A stretch of 64,000 nucleotides of DNA, from NCBI GenBank assembly GCA_963840855.1, contig CAWJBB010000061.1, positions 96,001 to 160,000 on the forward strand, given 5' to 3'. The translations under genes were made by a program, and so were the position numbers. Positions 42,975 through 54,344 of the stretch are shown here, one piece after another (position 1 is the stretch's first letter; every line of letters begins with the position of its first letter). The notes beneath the pieces are model-generated. The model searched no databases. It was not told where the DNA came from and saw only the letters and a program-made list of their open reading frames with translations. Source of the DNA: an uncultured delta proteobacterium (GTDB lineage Bacteria > Desulfobacterota > Binatia > UBA9968).

Positions 42975-43241
42975 AACGAACGACTCCTAAAATCAATCAC
43001 TTACAAAACGTCTCGCAATAGCAGGTGTTAGCCGAAAAGGTACAGTGGTAGGAAAAATCAAACTCGCGATAAGGCCATTTTTGTGGAGCCCACACCCGAG
43101 TTCGGCAGTGAGGCCAGTGTGATAACGCGAGCCGAATCGCTGATAGGCGGATTATTCTGGCGGGATACCGGTTGGCGGATCTAGGATGAAGTCGTAGGAG
43201 AATATAGTTCAATCCTAGCGTCGCCGTTTGGCTTTCTTCCG

Positions 43242-44228
43242 TTACTTAATTACCTTGTCCGCCCGCGCCAGCACATTGGGCGGGATCGTCAGGCCGATTT
43301 GCTTGGCGGCTTTCAGATTGATGATGAACTCGAACTTTATCGGCTGCTCAACGGGAAGGTCCGCGGGTTTCGTACCTTTAAGGATCTTGTCCACATAAGT
43401 GGCGGTGCGCCGGAACATGGCGACAATGTCAGCCGCATAAGACGTGAGGCCGCCCGTCTCAACATATTCGCTGTTTGGATACATCGCCGGCAGCCGGTTC
43501 TTGGCTGCGAGGTCTACGATCCGTGGTCGAAGGCGATCCAGCGTAGGTTGTTGCAGCCCGATAAAAGCACCGGCGCGCCCTGTTGTCATTGCCGAAAAAG
43601 CATTCTCCAAATCGTTGGGCCCTCGAACTTCTACGGGTCGAAGCTGCAGACCCAACGCTCGCGTGGCGACCTCCAGCTCTTTTATCTGCGGGCCGTGGCC
43701 TCCAGTGCCGGGGTCCGTGAGGACAGCCACGAGGGAAAGCTGGGGAATAATTTCTTTGAGCAGCTCTAGGCGCTTTCCCCCCAGCTCCGGCGCTAGATGG
43801 GTTAATCCTGTGATGTTACCCCCAGGCCTTGCTAGGCTCGCCCACGAACCCGAGCTCAACAGGGTCACTGCCATGCGCCATGACGACTGGGATCAGCTTG
43901 GTAGCATTCTTAGCCGCTCGAATTGCAGTAGATCCGCCGGCAACGATGACATCAACGTTTAGACGGACTAGCTCTCCCGCCAGGTCGGGGAGCCGATCCA
44001 ACTTCCCTTCCGTATATCGGGGCTCGATGGCCAAGCTCTGTCCCTCAACATACCCAGCTCGCGCAAACCTTGGCGGAACGCTTCAATGCGGGCGGCATCA
44101 GAGGAAGGTGAGAGCACCGATAAATACCCTATCCGATGGACTTTCTTCGGCTGCTGCGCCTCGGCGATGACTGCAACAGCAAGCAGTACCACTGCAATCA
44201 GGATCGATGGCACCGCAGCTCTCTTCAT
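43242..44228 (-). CDS. ABC_sub_bind protein (two indels)
   Basis: Three overlapping ORFs give a complete PF04392-like sequence. Confidence 0.88.
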
Positions 44229-44436
44229 TGCCCACCTCGTTTCGAGTGTTTTGTATCACGCGGATCGAAATAAAGGAAAGTGTGACTTACGGCAGAAGGC
44301 GACCGTGCTTCGTCGAGGGGAAAAACCAGATTTTTAGCTTGAGATTGAACTGATCGACGCATCCGGCAAATCTTAAAGGATTTGATTCGTCGGAGAATTC
44401 AGTTCAATCCTGGCATCGCTGCGTGGTTTTCTGCAA
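44229..44436. repeat. Complete copy of the conserved inter-SBP spacer with hairpin
   Basis: GATTGAACTGA (44343-44353) / TCAGTTCAATC (44399-44409) with inner stems; whole or partial copies near 33209, 36271, 37356, 37811, 39900, 43190, 45422, 53311, 54410, 59916 and 62110. Confidence 0.85.
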
Positions 44437-45421
44437 TCACTTTATGACCTTGTCCGCCCGCGCCAGCACGTTGGGCGGAATCGTCACGCCTATCTGCTTG
44501 GCGGTTTTTAGATTAATCACAAACTCAAACTTCGTAGGCTGCTCCACCGGGAGATCAGCGGGCTTCGTGCCTTTGAGGATCTTATCCACGTACGTAGCCG
44601 CGCGCCGGTACAGATCCGGGACGTTGGTCCCATAGGACATCAGTCCGCCAGCCGCCACGAACTCTGTCGCCCAAAACATGGTCGGCAGCCGGTGCTCTGC
44701 CGCAATGTCTACAATTCTTGCTCTCTGCCTGAGAAACATCTGGCTCGTGAGCACGAGGAGCGTGCCGGCCCGCACTCTCTTCATCGCCGAGAGAGCACTG
44801 CCGAACTCCTTGGGATCTCGGACCTCGAAAGAGCTGAAGCTTCACTGACAATGCTCGAGCGGCCGTCTCCACCTCTTGCAGTATGGGGGCGCTAATTGGA
44901 TCCTTCGGATTTGAAAGGACGGCGACGGGGGAGAGGTCGGGGAAGGCCTCCTTGAGCAACTCGAGCCTTTTGGCGCTCAAGTCCGTGGTTAGATTGGTCA
45001 ACCCCGTGATGTTCCCGCCCGGCCGTGCGAGACTTGCGACGAGCCCGCTACCAACCGGATAGGAAACTGCTGTAAACACGATCGGGATCTTTGGGGTAGC
45101 ATTCTTCGCGGCCAGGGCCGCTCCCGTAGCAGAGACAAAGATAACGTTGACGTTAAGACGCACGAGTTCGGCCGAGAGATCGGGTAACCGATCGACCTTG
45201 CCCTCTGCACTTCGAAACTCAAAGGCGATATTCTGGCCCTCGACATAACCGAGCCTACGCAACTCCTGAAAAAACACCTCAAGAAAAGGTTCGGAGCGCG
45301 GGACGTCGAAGGTCAGAATGCCGAGCTGGAAGAGCTTCGCCGGCTGCTGAGCCTCGGCCATCAGTCCAACGACAAGCAGTGTTACTGCAATCAGGATTGA
45401 TGACACACCAGCTTTTTTCAT
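44437..45421 (-). CDS. ABC_sub_bind protein (one indel near 44830)
   Basis: MKKAGVSSIL...[11 protein letters not shown]...[13 protein letters not shown]. Confidence 0.88.
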
Positions 45422-46039
45422 TGCATACCTTGTTCTGGACATTACTTATCACGCGGACGGAAATAAAGAAAAGTGTGATTTACCGGGGAAGGCGACAGGG
45501 ATTCGTTGAGCAGCAAGGCCAGATTCACTCCGAGATTGAATTGACGACGCAACGGACAAATCTCACAGGATTGCGTCGTCGGAGAAATCAGTTCAATTAG
45601 AAGGTTAACGCCACGCTTCACCGGAAGCGATGGTTAGACGCTCCCGACGATGAACTGGGTAACATTTCGGAAATGGCGTGACTCGTTCGGTTTTTGCCAC
45701 ATCAGTTGTCGGACTGCTTCCTTTGCTTCTTCTATCCGGCCAGGATCGAGTTTTGCTGTCGTTACACCGGCTAATACTTCCCAGGCAAACGCAAAGGTAT
45801 CAAATACGAATCCTAGCTCTTGAGCACCTTGATCGGAAGGTTCGCGACCGATATCGGATCGTCAATGTTACGGGCGTTGATGGCGAGCCAATCGGAAAGC
45901 GTCGCATCGTTTTCCAGCGCTCTCGTGGTGAGTAACGCAGCCACAGTTCTTGCAGCGATAGTCCCGAGCACGTTCCATTAACACCACCACTTGTTTCCCG
46001 CCTGATCGCGTGCTCCGCTGCATGCCAAGGGTCTTTCGC

Positions 46040-46200
46040 TCCGTGACGGGGCTTTTCTTCTATAATGGCGATCAAGTAAAGGGCGAAGAAATACGCTCGT
46101 CCAAGGACCTACTCAATCCCAAATGGCGCGGCAAGATTTCGACCGACGATCCCATGGTAGCCGGAACTGGCGCGGCGAACGCGGCAATGCTCTGCTTTTC
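46040..46200 (+). pseudogene. Internal fragment of an extracellular solute-binding protein
   Basis: FFYNGDQVKGEEIRSSKDLLNPKWRGKISTDDPMVAGTG. Confidence 0.6.
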
Positions 46201-46308
46201 GACAAAATCCCGGTCCCCCCAGCACCATCTCGGCTAGGAGATCTTCCCACGGCGTGGCGAAACCTTGGCGGATACCGTCTTGAACGAATCCTACTTGGTT
46301 AGTGCGGG

Positions 46309-46935
46309 CTATAGCGGCTTGATTTGCACCTTGCGCCACTTGATCGCGCCGCCAGGTGTTTCCTTGGGACCGCCGCCATACTGGAGGGATAACGGTCCCT
46401 CCGCGAACTGGCCGTGCTGGATATCAGCGGTCTTGACACCATTGAGCACGACGGTCAACTGCGAGCCCTTAGCCGTGATTTCATACGTGTTCCATTTGCC
46501 GCCTGCCTTGGGCATGGGCGATACCGGGGCGACATTGACGATGGCCCCCGTGCCATACTCCGGGCCGGCCCGCTGGTCGTAGATATTCACCTCGTAGGCG
46601 CTCTTGGAACCGATGTCCTTGGGATCAGAAATGCGAATGTAAATACCGCTGTTCGTAGTGTGGTCTGCCCAGAACTCGGCGCGAATCTGGAAGTCCTTGT
46701 AGGAGTTCTTCGACACGAGATGGCCGCCCTTGCCCTTGTCGGCCACGATCGCGCCATCCTCGGCTCGCCAGTTGGCATCGCCGGTCCGGTTCCAGTTGTC
46801 CAGGGTCTTGGGGTTGGAGCCGTCAAGAAGCGTGATCCATCCTGCGTCCCTTTGATCAGACAGCTGAGGTGAACAGCCGAGAGCGGTGAATCCGACAAAA
46901 AACAGAGCCATCGTGACGACAGAGAAGGGATTCAT
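46309..46935 (-). CDS. DUF1080 (3-keto-disaccharide hydrolase-like) lipoprotein
   Basis: ALGC lipobox; GWITLLDG, NSGIYIR, YEVNI, GKWNTYEI, GPLSLQ. Confidence 0.87.
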   Translation of the reverse strand: MNPFSVVTMALFFVGFTALGCSPQLSDQRDAGWITLLDGSNPKTLDNWNRTGDANWRAEDGAIVADKGKGGHLVSKNSYKDFQIRAEFWADHTTNSGIYIRISDPKDIGSKSAYEVNIYDQRAGPEYGTGAIVNVAPVSPMPKAGGKWNTYEITAKGSQLTVVLNGVKTADIQHGQFAEGPLSLQYGGGPKETPGGAIKWRKVQIKPL

Positions 46936-46985
46936 TGTGATCTCCTCCTTCGTTATGGGTTATTGTCAAGGTTCTGAAATCTGCG

Positions 46986-48379
46986 TGTCACCGAACAATT
47001 AAAAGTGCACTGGTTTAAACTTTAAAAGTGCACTAATTGTCTTCTTTGGGTTTTCATCATCCATTGAACCAGGGAGGACAAGATGGGCAAGCATCTGCGC
47101 AAGCTTTTTTCGGTAGACCAGGTAAAGGAAGTGTTTCAGAGGTATCTATCACGGCAGATCGCAGTGGATCAGGCATCGGCAATACTCAAGATTCGAAGGC
47201 GTCAGTTTTTCAAATTGTTGAAGCTTTATCGGGAGGGGCCAGAGAGTTTTTCCTTGGATTACACAAGAAAGGCACCTCCTCGGAAGATCGATGCCAAAGC
47301 AGAGGCAAGGATCATGCAGGAACTGAAGAAAGAGACCGAGATCATTGGGGACAAGCGCAATCCGGTGCGGTTCTACAACTACAGTTATGTGAAAGAGGTC
47401 CTGGAGAAGAAGCACAAAGTGAGTGTGTCTTTGCCGACGATCATCCGGCGGGCGAAAAAAATGGGCATTACCAGCAAAGGCCATCTAGAAAGGCCCACGA
47501 CCGGGAGATCCTGACCAACTATGTGGGAGAACTTCTCCAGCATGATACCTCCTACCATCTGTGGTCTCCGCTGGCACAAACCAAGTGGTATCTCATCACG
47601 ACCATCGACGATCACAGCCGTAGGATTTTGCATGGGGAGCTGTGGGACAAGGAGACCTCCTGGACCCATATCGTGGCTCAGAAGGCCGTGCTGACGCAGT
47701 TTGGCTGTCCGTTGAAGTACTATGTCGACAATCATTCGATCTTCCGCTACGTGGAGAAAAGAGACAGCGTGTGGAGGAAGTTTGACACTCCAGAGGAGCA
47801 AGCCTTGGTCCAGTGGAAGGAGGTTCTTAAAGACTTAAGCATCGAGGTGGTTTATGCCTTGAGTCCTGCCGCCAAGGGAAAAGTGGAGCGGCCCTACCAA
47901 TGGCTGCAGGATCACCTGGTCAGGACGTGTGTCCGGGAGGGAATCACAAGCATCAATCAAGGTCGGCAAGTGCTCTATGAAGAGCTTCATCAGTACAACT
48001 ACAAACGGGTTCACTCCACTACCGGAGAAATCCCGGTCCTTCGCTATGACAAGGCTCTTGAGGAAAACAGAGGCCTGTTTCGGAGATTTGAAATCCCCCG
48101 ACCGTATCAGACCCTTGATGATATTTTCTGTTACCGATTCAAAAGGACGGTGGACCCTTATCGAAAGGTCTCCTGGAACACACTGAAGTTCAGCGTTTCG
48201 GGTGTTCCTATTCGTGAAGAAGTGGAACTGCGGATCAGTTTCAACCTTAAAACCCGGCTGGCCCTCATTCGATTCTGGTATCAGGAAAAGCTCGTGGGAG
48301 AGCGACAAGTCAAAGCCGAGGATCTCAAGAAAGTGCACTTTTAAATGTTCAACAGTGCACTTTTAAAAGTTTCCCAACA
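46986..48379 (+). mobile_element. IS1202/IS481-related IS with 16-bp target duplication
   Basis: TGT...ACA ends; repeated AAAAGTGCACT motifs, two at each end; flanking direct repeat GGTTCTGAAATCTGCG at 46970-46985 and 48380-48395. Confidence 0.88.
47083..48344 (+). CDS. DDE transposase (rve-type), -1 frame change at the A7 run 47455-47461
   Basis: N-terminal HTH; GELLQHDTSYHLW, IDDHSR, YVDNHSIF, SPAAKGKVER. Confidence 0.87.
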
Positions 48380-48940
48380 GGTTCTGAAATCTGCGCCGCC
48401 GCGTAAGGGTGAGTGATCGAGGGTTTTTGAGATGCGGCCACGCAGAACCCCAGAGTTCTCGCAAGACCATATGCAGCGCCCACGTTCAGGACGCTTGAAC
48501 CACGCGAAAAAGATGACCCGGCATCTGAGCTGCTTGTTTTCGGGGTGGAGACTATCGGATATGATAGCGTTATGTCAACTTAAACGTTGACGCCTGGGTT
48601 GAGTCAATTGACTTAGATGCTTCCCTTCGCCAGATCCTGAAACCACATTCGGATCTTCGGTTCAGTCTCGATCTTTTCCATATCGCTCAGCAATCGCGCC
48701 TCGCCAACCCTCAAACCGCTCACCGATCATGCGCTGCGTAAGCCCCTGTATTCGATGCAATAGTTTCATCACTCACCGTCCACTTCAAGCAATCGCGATT
48801 TGTGATTTTGCATTATGCGAACCTACTGCTGCTACTGGACGGCTGAAGCGTGCGAGTCAGATTACGCCATTATCACGAAGCGGCTTGCAAGCGAACCCGA
48901 GGTGCGTCTCACAAGGGTTGGTTGTGAAGAGGTGGACTGG

Positions 48941-48991
48941 AAAACGCTCCTTGGAGATATAGCTTTGCTATGCGCGAACTGCCATCGCTAA
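48941..48991 (+). pseudogene. Remnant of an HNH endonuclease C-terminus
   Basis: KTLLGDIALLCANCHR*. Confidence 0.4.
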
Positions 48992-49341
48992 ACGTCGGTT
49001 AGACATCAACGAAGTGCGAAAGTTTATTGCTCCCGGTTTGATCGGTGTTGAGCAGACAACGAATGACACCAGCGAGGCACTAAGCTCGTTTCCATAAAAC
49101 CTCTAAGTCATAACGTTGCTACGCTAATTCAGGGCCAAACCGCCCGCCTCGCCCTTTCTGCCCGAAATCACACAAGTTCAGCCTAGAGCAATCTTGAATT
49201 TCTAGGCACACGCCACCCAAAACAACCGCACATCCGCTCGGCATACCGTTGGCTCTAGAGAGTCCGCGTGCCGTTATGGCTGCGCTCTCTGAACGAAAGC
49301 GAGCAAGGATCATTCACTAAGAGGAGAATAGCTAGCTCCCC

Positions 49342-49605
49342 ATGCAAATTACGCAAGTCAAAATTTTCCAGATCGACGGGGGTAACCTAGTCGCTTACGC
49401 CGATATTACAATCGACGATTGTTTTCGTGTGCGAGGCCTTAAAATCTTCCGCCGCCCAACCGGATACTCTATCGCTATGCCTCAGGCGAAACTAAACAAG
49501 GGCAAGTACAAGGAAATTGCTTTTGCGTTAGATGCTAAGACACGGAAGATGATCGAGGACACAGTGATTGCTGAATACGAAAAGGTAGCTGGAAAGCGAA
49601 AATAG
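49342..49605 (+). CDS. spoVG: SpoVG family protein
   Basis: MQITQVKI...LVAYADITIDDCFRVRGLKI...IAMP...YKEIAF; sigma54-like CGGCATACCGTTGGCT at 49239-49254. Confidence 0.85.
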   Translation: MQITQVKIFQIDGGNLVAYADITIDDCFRVRGLKIFRRPTGYSIAMPQAKLNKGKYKEIAFALDAKTRKMIEDTVIAEYEKVAGKRK

Positions 49606-49617
49606 TGAGGAATTTCG

Positions 49618-49851
49618 ATGAGCAGTTTACTGTACAAACGACACTCTATCATTTACGGCGCTGCACTGGACGAGTTCACCGGGAGATATGCCCCGACCGG
49701 TCAAATCGTTTGGCACAGTCGTAAAGGCAAGCATGGGACGCATTCCTTTGCTCTGTCGGCACTATTTTCTACGGCTGACGAGGCAAAAGTCGTGGCGGAA
49801 GAAGAGGCGAAGACGTGGGCTGAGCGCCGCCTAGTAGATGTGAGGCCATAG
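49618..49851 (+). CDS. Hypothetical protein
   Basis: GAGG RBS, tightly packed after spoVG. Confidence 0.6.
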   Translation: MSSLLYKRHSIIYGAALDEFTGRYAPTGQIVWHSRKGKHGTHSFALSALFSTADEAKVVAEEEAKTWAERRLVDVRP

Positions 49852-49853
49852 CG

Positions 49854-50102
49854 ATGCAGTTGCGGCCTTCCCCAATAACATTGCGAAACGTTTGCAACTG
49901 GCCTCCGGCATGGGTGCGCTTGGGTCGGGCACACACCAGAGCGGCCAAGACAATTGCCGGCGAAATCGGCGTTCTGAAAGAGGTGCGTTGTTACGAGGAT
50001 CGTCCCAGCAGAATCTACCTGACAGTCGATCATGGCCGCACCGCTTACGCCATCCAAGCGGTTGGTACTTCGGAGCTGCCGTATGAGGAGAAGCGGAAAT
50101 GA
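49854..50102 (+). CDS. Hypothetical protein (NWPP-x-W...GEIGVL), possibly truncated
   Basis: Operon-like spacing; ATGA overlap with the next ORF. Confidence 0.5.
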   Translation: MQLRPSPITLRNVCNWPPAWVRLGRAHTRAAKTIAGEIGVLKEVRCYEDRPSRIYLTVDHGRTAYAIQAVGTSELPYEEKRK

Positions 50103-50296
50103 GCATAAGCACAAACACAGATCATGAAAAGCGAAAGACAGAAGTAAAAGTGCGTTGCCAAGAATGTGAAAGCGAAACAATTCCAGAAGGACTGTACTGC
50201 ATGAATTGCGGCCATATCCCAGATTGGAGGAGTAGCAATGGGCGAGGCCTCGGCCAGCTCGGCTATGACCCAGACCGGCGCGACTCGTCCCGATAG
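50099..50296 (+). CDS. Small zinc-ribbon protein
   Basis: CQEC...YCMNCG. Confidence 0.5.
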   Translation: MSISTNTDHEKRKTEVKVRCQECESETIPEGLYCMNCGHIPDWRSSNGRGLGQLGYDPDRRDSSR

Positions 50297-50444
50297 CGCT
50301 GTCCTGAAAGAGAGAAAAGATTACTTAGGATTTGCCCAATGGCCACGATTCCTGACGCCAAACAACGGTTGATGGGTTCCCACTGTTACTGGTTGCGACA
50401 AGTTATCCCTACGAATGGCTTGCGTTACCGGACCATGGATACGC

Positions 50445-51401
50445 TTATTGAGGGCTATCTACCCAGCTGAGATCTTTCTCGTACCCAAGTGAAATCAACA
50501 TGTCACCCGCCTGCCGAGCGAAAGCTTTTTTTTCTTTAACACCGAGCCTCCTCCTCCAAACCCCCGTGCTGGTATTGTAAATGGCGCGCTTTGACAGGAG
50601 TTTTTCAGGGTCACCGTCCAAACCAAGAAAGACCAAAATCGTCGAGAGCGTGTTTCTTGGATCTTCGATAAGACTTTCGTATCTAAGCTCCAGGTACCGG
50701 ACAAAGCCCGGGTCTACGCCGTTACGCCCGAGAGCAAGAAGACTGCGCCAGCGCGCGGCTGCCTCAGGTACAGTGGTTGGCCCCCACGGCAGATTCAGGT
50801 TGGAACACGCGACGTCCCTTCCATCCCGAATGATGTGGATAACCCGCGCGAAGGGAAAGAGCTTTGGAATGCGACAAAGATAGCGCAACAGGCCCGGCGT
50901 CTTATTGATCCAATAGGGCTTCTTTGTCCTGCCACAGTGGAAGGAAAAGAGCCTATACACGTATTCTCTTGCCAGCCGATAAACATCTTCTTCCGTGAGA
51001 GGTCCCGCCTGAAGAGTTTTGAGCCACCGATCCGTTTCGCGTTCGAATTCCTCCCGCCAGTAGTGAATGCCTGATGGAAAGTCTCTGTTCGTCTGCCTGC
51101 CGGTTGCAGGATCGATTGTCCATTCATCGAACGAAAGGACCTTTTGATGAAATTTCTCGCACTCAGATCGAAAGCGATGCACTATTTGCGCTTCCCCGGT
51201 ATACGAAACGACTCTCCGCGAGAGAGAATCGCCCCAGAACCAGCACGCTTTCTCACAATGTAGGAGTAGATTTCTCAAGAACTTCGTTTCGTAGAGCGCC
51301 GACAGAAGCGGATGCTCTCCTAGCAGTGTCACAAGCAGCGTCGTTCCCGACCGCGGAACCCCCACGATAAATGTCGGCGCAAAAGAATTGGAGTTGTTCA
51401 T
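50445..51401 (-). CDS. Sulfotransferase family protein
   Basis: FIVGVPRSGTTLL, WINKTP, IHIIRDGRDVACS, LRYESLIEDP. Confidence 0.9.
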   Translation of the reverse strand: MNNSNSFAPTFIVGVPRSGTTLLVTLLGEHPLLSALYETKFLRNLLLHCEKACWFWGDSLSRRVVSYTGEAQIVHRFRSECEKFHQKVLSFDEWTIDPATGRQTNRDFPSGIHYWREEFERETDRWLKTLQAGPLTEEDVYRLAREYVYRLFSFHCGRTKKPYWINKTPGLLRYLCRIPKLFPFARVIHIIRDGRDVACSNLNLPWGPTTVPEAAARWRSLLALGRNGVDPGFVRYLELRYESLIEDPRNTLSTILVFLGLDGDPEKLLSKRAIYNTSTGVWRRRLGVKEKKAFARQAGDMLISLGYEKDLSWVDSPQ

Positions 51402-51720
51402 TACGGATCCCAGAAAATCAGTTGACCGTAAGCCGCCGACGCGAGCAACGGCCGCTTCGATCTAGCGCTCGCGGGGATCCACTGGATGTCGCTGATCGTG
51501 CTCGCATGCTCAGGATAATCGCGGAGCAAAACTCCATCCGAGGTCCATAGTCGAACTTTTCTACCGGCGGCGGACGCTAGCAACGCGTCGCTCCCAAGCC
51601 CGCCATTGCACGCCATCGTCTCCACCCAGGCAGCGCCACCGTCCAGGGTTCGCTGCTCTGCACAGTTAACCAAATTCCAGAATTTGATTTTGCCGTCTTG
51701 GCCGGGCGCTGGCGAAGCGG
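51401..51720 (-). pseudogene. WD40-repeat protein fragment
   Basis: GQDGKIKFWN, LASAAGRKVRLWT, HASTISDIQW; truncated at both ends. Confidence 0.6.
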
Positions 51721-52684
51721 TTACCGTCGGCACTCCAACCGACCTTCGACGTGCCGAAACAATGAGGTTGCAATAACATTGATGCAATACAACAAAGATT
51801 TACTCGGCGAATTATCCATCAATACGTTGGTGGCAGACCTGGGAAAGCAATGGAACGTAAGGGAAATGAGCCGTCAAGAAGCCCGATCGTTCGAGATGCT
51901 GGAAGGGTTTTAGGCCATGGCGCGCAGCGGAGTACGGCCAGGAATTCCCATTCCATTAACCGCGTCGTCAAATGCGCCTGGCCTCAAACCAGAGCCCAGG
52001 AAGCCCACGCCAAACGCCTCTACTTAGAGAAACAATTCGTAGCTCTACGTCACGGAGCGCTATGCCGCCACTTGTGCAATCGGCGATCGTCCCTGCGACC
52101 CAGATTATTGTACCCCGCTTCGCGAGCTTTAGGTCTGGATAATGCTCAGCATTAACATTGACATAAATCCCATGTAGTAGCCACTGTCCTGCAGCATAAG
52201 ACGAATGTCTCGGCCCCTGCGACGTGCGTCATATAGTTTCGTCTGCCACTGCACCTTTAGGCCATCAAACTCGTGAGCACGGTTATTTCTATTAATGGGT
52301 GCTGCAGTGTTGATTTGGTTTTGGATCTCTTTTGGTAGAGGGCGCGTAAGAAACTGCTCTTGGTCAAATGGAGGTGGGGATGATGTGACGTTTTTCAACG
52401 CGCGAAAACGGTATGGAGACAGCGCGCCTAGCGCGCCGAGTAACATTCCCCTACGCGATCGAACGCCCAATCCTTGTTCCGATGTAACCATCCAAACATG
52501 CGTGTTGGTTCCGTCTTGTAGTAGGTCATGATTCTCGCATGGCCAAAAAAGCAAAAACGAAACTGGGCAAACGAACAATAGTCACCACAACAGAGCAGGA
52601 TTTTCAGAATGCGCTAGAGGTCCTTAGATCGTGCAATTAAGCAATTCCTAAAGCAAATCCGACTGTATTAGGGGAGCGTAGATG

Positions 52685-52700
52685 AGCAAACCCCGTGCCA
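52685..52700 (-). promoter_or_regulatory. Consensus sigma54 promoter
   Basis: TGGCACGGGGTTTGCT on the minus strand. Confidence 0.6.
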
Positions 52701-52738
52701 TTTATGCGGAAAGATGGCATTGCTTGCTTTTCATGAAG

Positions 52739-53125
52739 TTAGCGATGAAAGCATCGGGCGGGATGTTGTCTTATGTAGGGAATTAGACGCCTGAGTGTTC
52801 GGGTTTTACTGCCACGCGAGACCGGACAATGCTCACGACTTTCGTCTAATTTGAAAGGTTTGGGTATAAGGGCTTGAATCCCCTCCCTTTCGCACCGGGC
52901 CTGGGTCTCGGGGTCGTGATAGTCACTGGTAAATATAACCTTCACTTGGGGGTTTATCTGCTGCAGGCGGGAATGCATCATCCGTCCGTCCATCTCTGGT
53001 AACTCTATATCGCTCAAGATCACATCGATTTGGTCCTTGTGATGTTCGTAAACGGCAATGGCCTCGGGACCGTCCTGCGCCGTCATAGTTAGCGGCTCAT
53101 CGTCAACAAGGAGTATCGCGTCTTT
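52739..53125 (-). pseudogene. Response regulator receiver domain, degraded
   Basis: ILLVDDEPL joined directly to TAQDGPEA (first helix missing); ILSDIELPEMDG, PKPF; no clean start. Confidence 0.7.
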
Positions 53126-53361
53126 GTGCCTTTTTTGTCACCGCAAAAGGCTATCATGCCCTGCGGCTCGCCTTGAATCCTGAACCTATTTTGAATCCTG
53201 AAACCTATTTTCAGTACTACTGCCAATCGTGGACGAACGGCGTCTTTGGGCAGGCGTCCTAATTCTGGCGATCAGGATCGTGAAAATGCGACACGTTGTT
53301 TGCGGACTACGTTGATGGAGAATTCAGTTCAATCCTGGCATCGCCGCTTGGTTTGCTGCGA

Positions 53362-54344
53362 TCACTTAATCACCTTGTCCGCTCGCACGAGCACATTTGG
53401 CGGGATCGTGAGGCCGATCTGCTTAGCTGCTTTCAGATTGATGATGAACTCAAACTTCGTCGGTTGCTCCACGGGGAGATCGGCGGGCTTCGCGCCTTTC
53501 AGAATTTTGTCCACATAAGTAGCAGCGCGCCGATACAAGTCGCTGGCGTTCACACCATATGACATCAGTCCCCGGCCTCCACTTCTTGTGCACTTTCGTA
53601 AATCACTGGAAGCTGACTCTTTACTGCGAGTGCTGCAACCTCTGTTCGGTGAGCAGACAAGCTGGGGCCCGGCACCCGGAAAAGGACGGCGTCAGCGCGT
53701 CCCTTGGCTGCATCTCGGAATGCGGTCTCAAAATCTTTGGGACTTACGATGTTCAGGGATTGAAGCTTCACTCCGAGTGGTCTTGCGGCGATCTCGATCT
53801 CTTTTAACACTAGCGCATAGTCCGCACTCCCTGAACTCGCGAACAGGGCCACGCGCGATAGCTTTGGAACGATCTCCTTCAGAAGCTCCAGCCGTTTTCC
53901 ACTTAGCTCCGGGCGAAGGATTGCCAATCCAGTAATGTTCCCTCCCGGCCGCGCAAGGCTGGCGACTAAACCGCTTCCAACAGGATCGCCACCCCGCACC
54001 ATGACAATTGGGATTGCGGCGGTCGCCTCCTTGGCTGCGCGTATCTCTCCCGAACCGATTGCAACGATGACGTCTACCTTGAGACGCACCAGTTCGGCCG
54101 CGAGCGCGGGATTGCGATCTAGTTTTCCTTCATTAGCTCGCCATTCAATGACAAGGTTTTTTCCTTCCACGTAGCCGAGGTCGCGCAGACCCTCCCGGAA
54201 TGCCTCGCTATAGGACCGGTTAGCCGAAGTGGAGGGAGTTAGGTATCCTATCCGCGGCACTTTCTTCGGCTGCTGCGCGTCGGCGGGAAAGCAAAGCGCA
54301 AAGAGCATGGCGCAAAGCGTAAGGACCGTGATTTTTCTCGTCAT
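53362..54344 (-). CDS. ABC_sub_bind protein (one indel near 53570)
   Basis: [14 protein letters not shown]...[13 protein letters not shown]...[13 protein letters not shown]. Confidence 0.88.
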
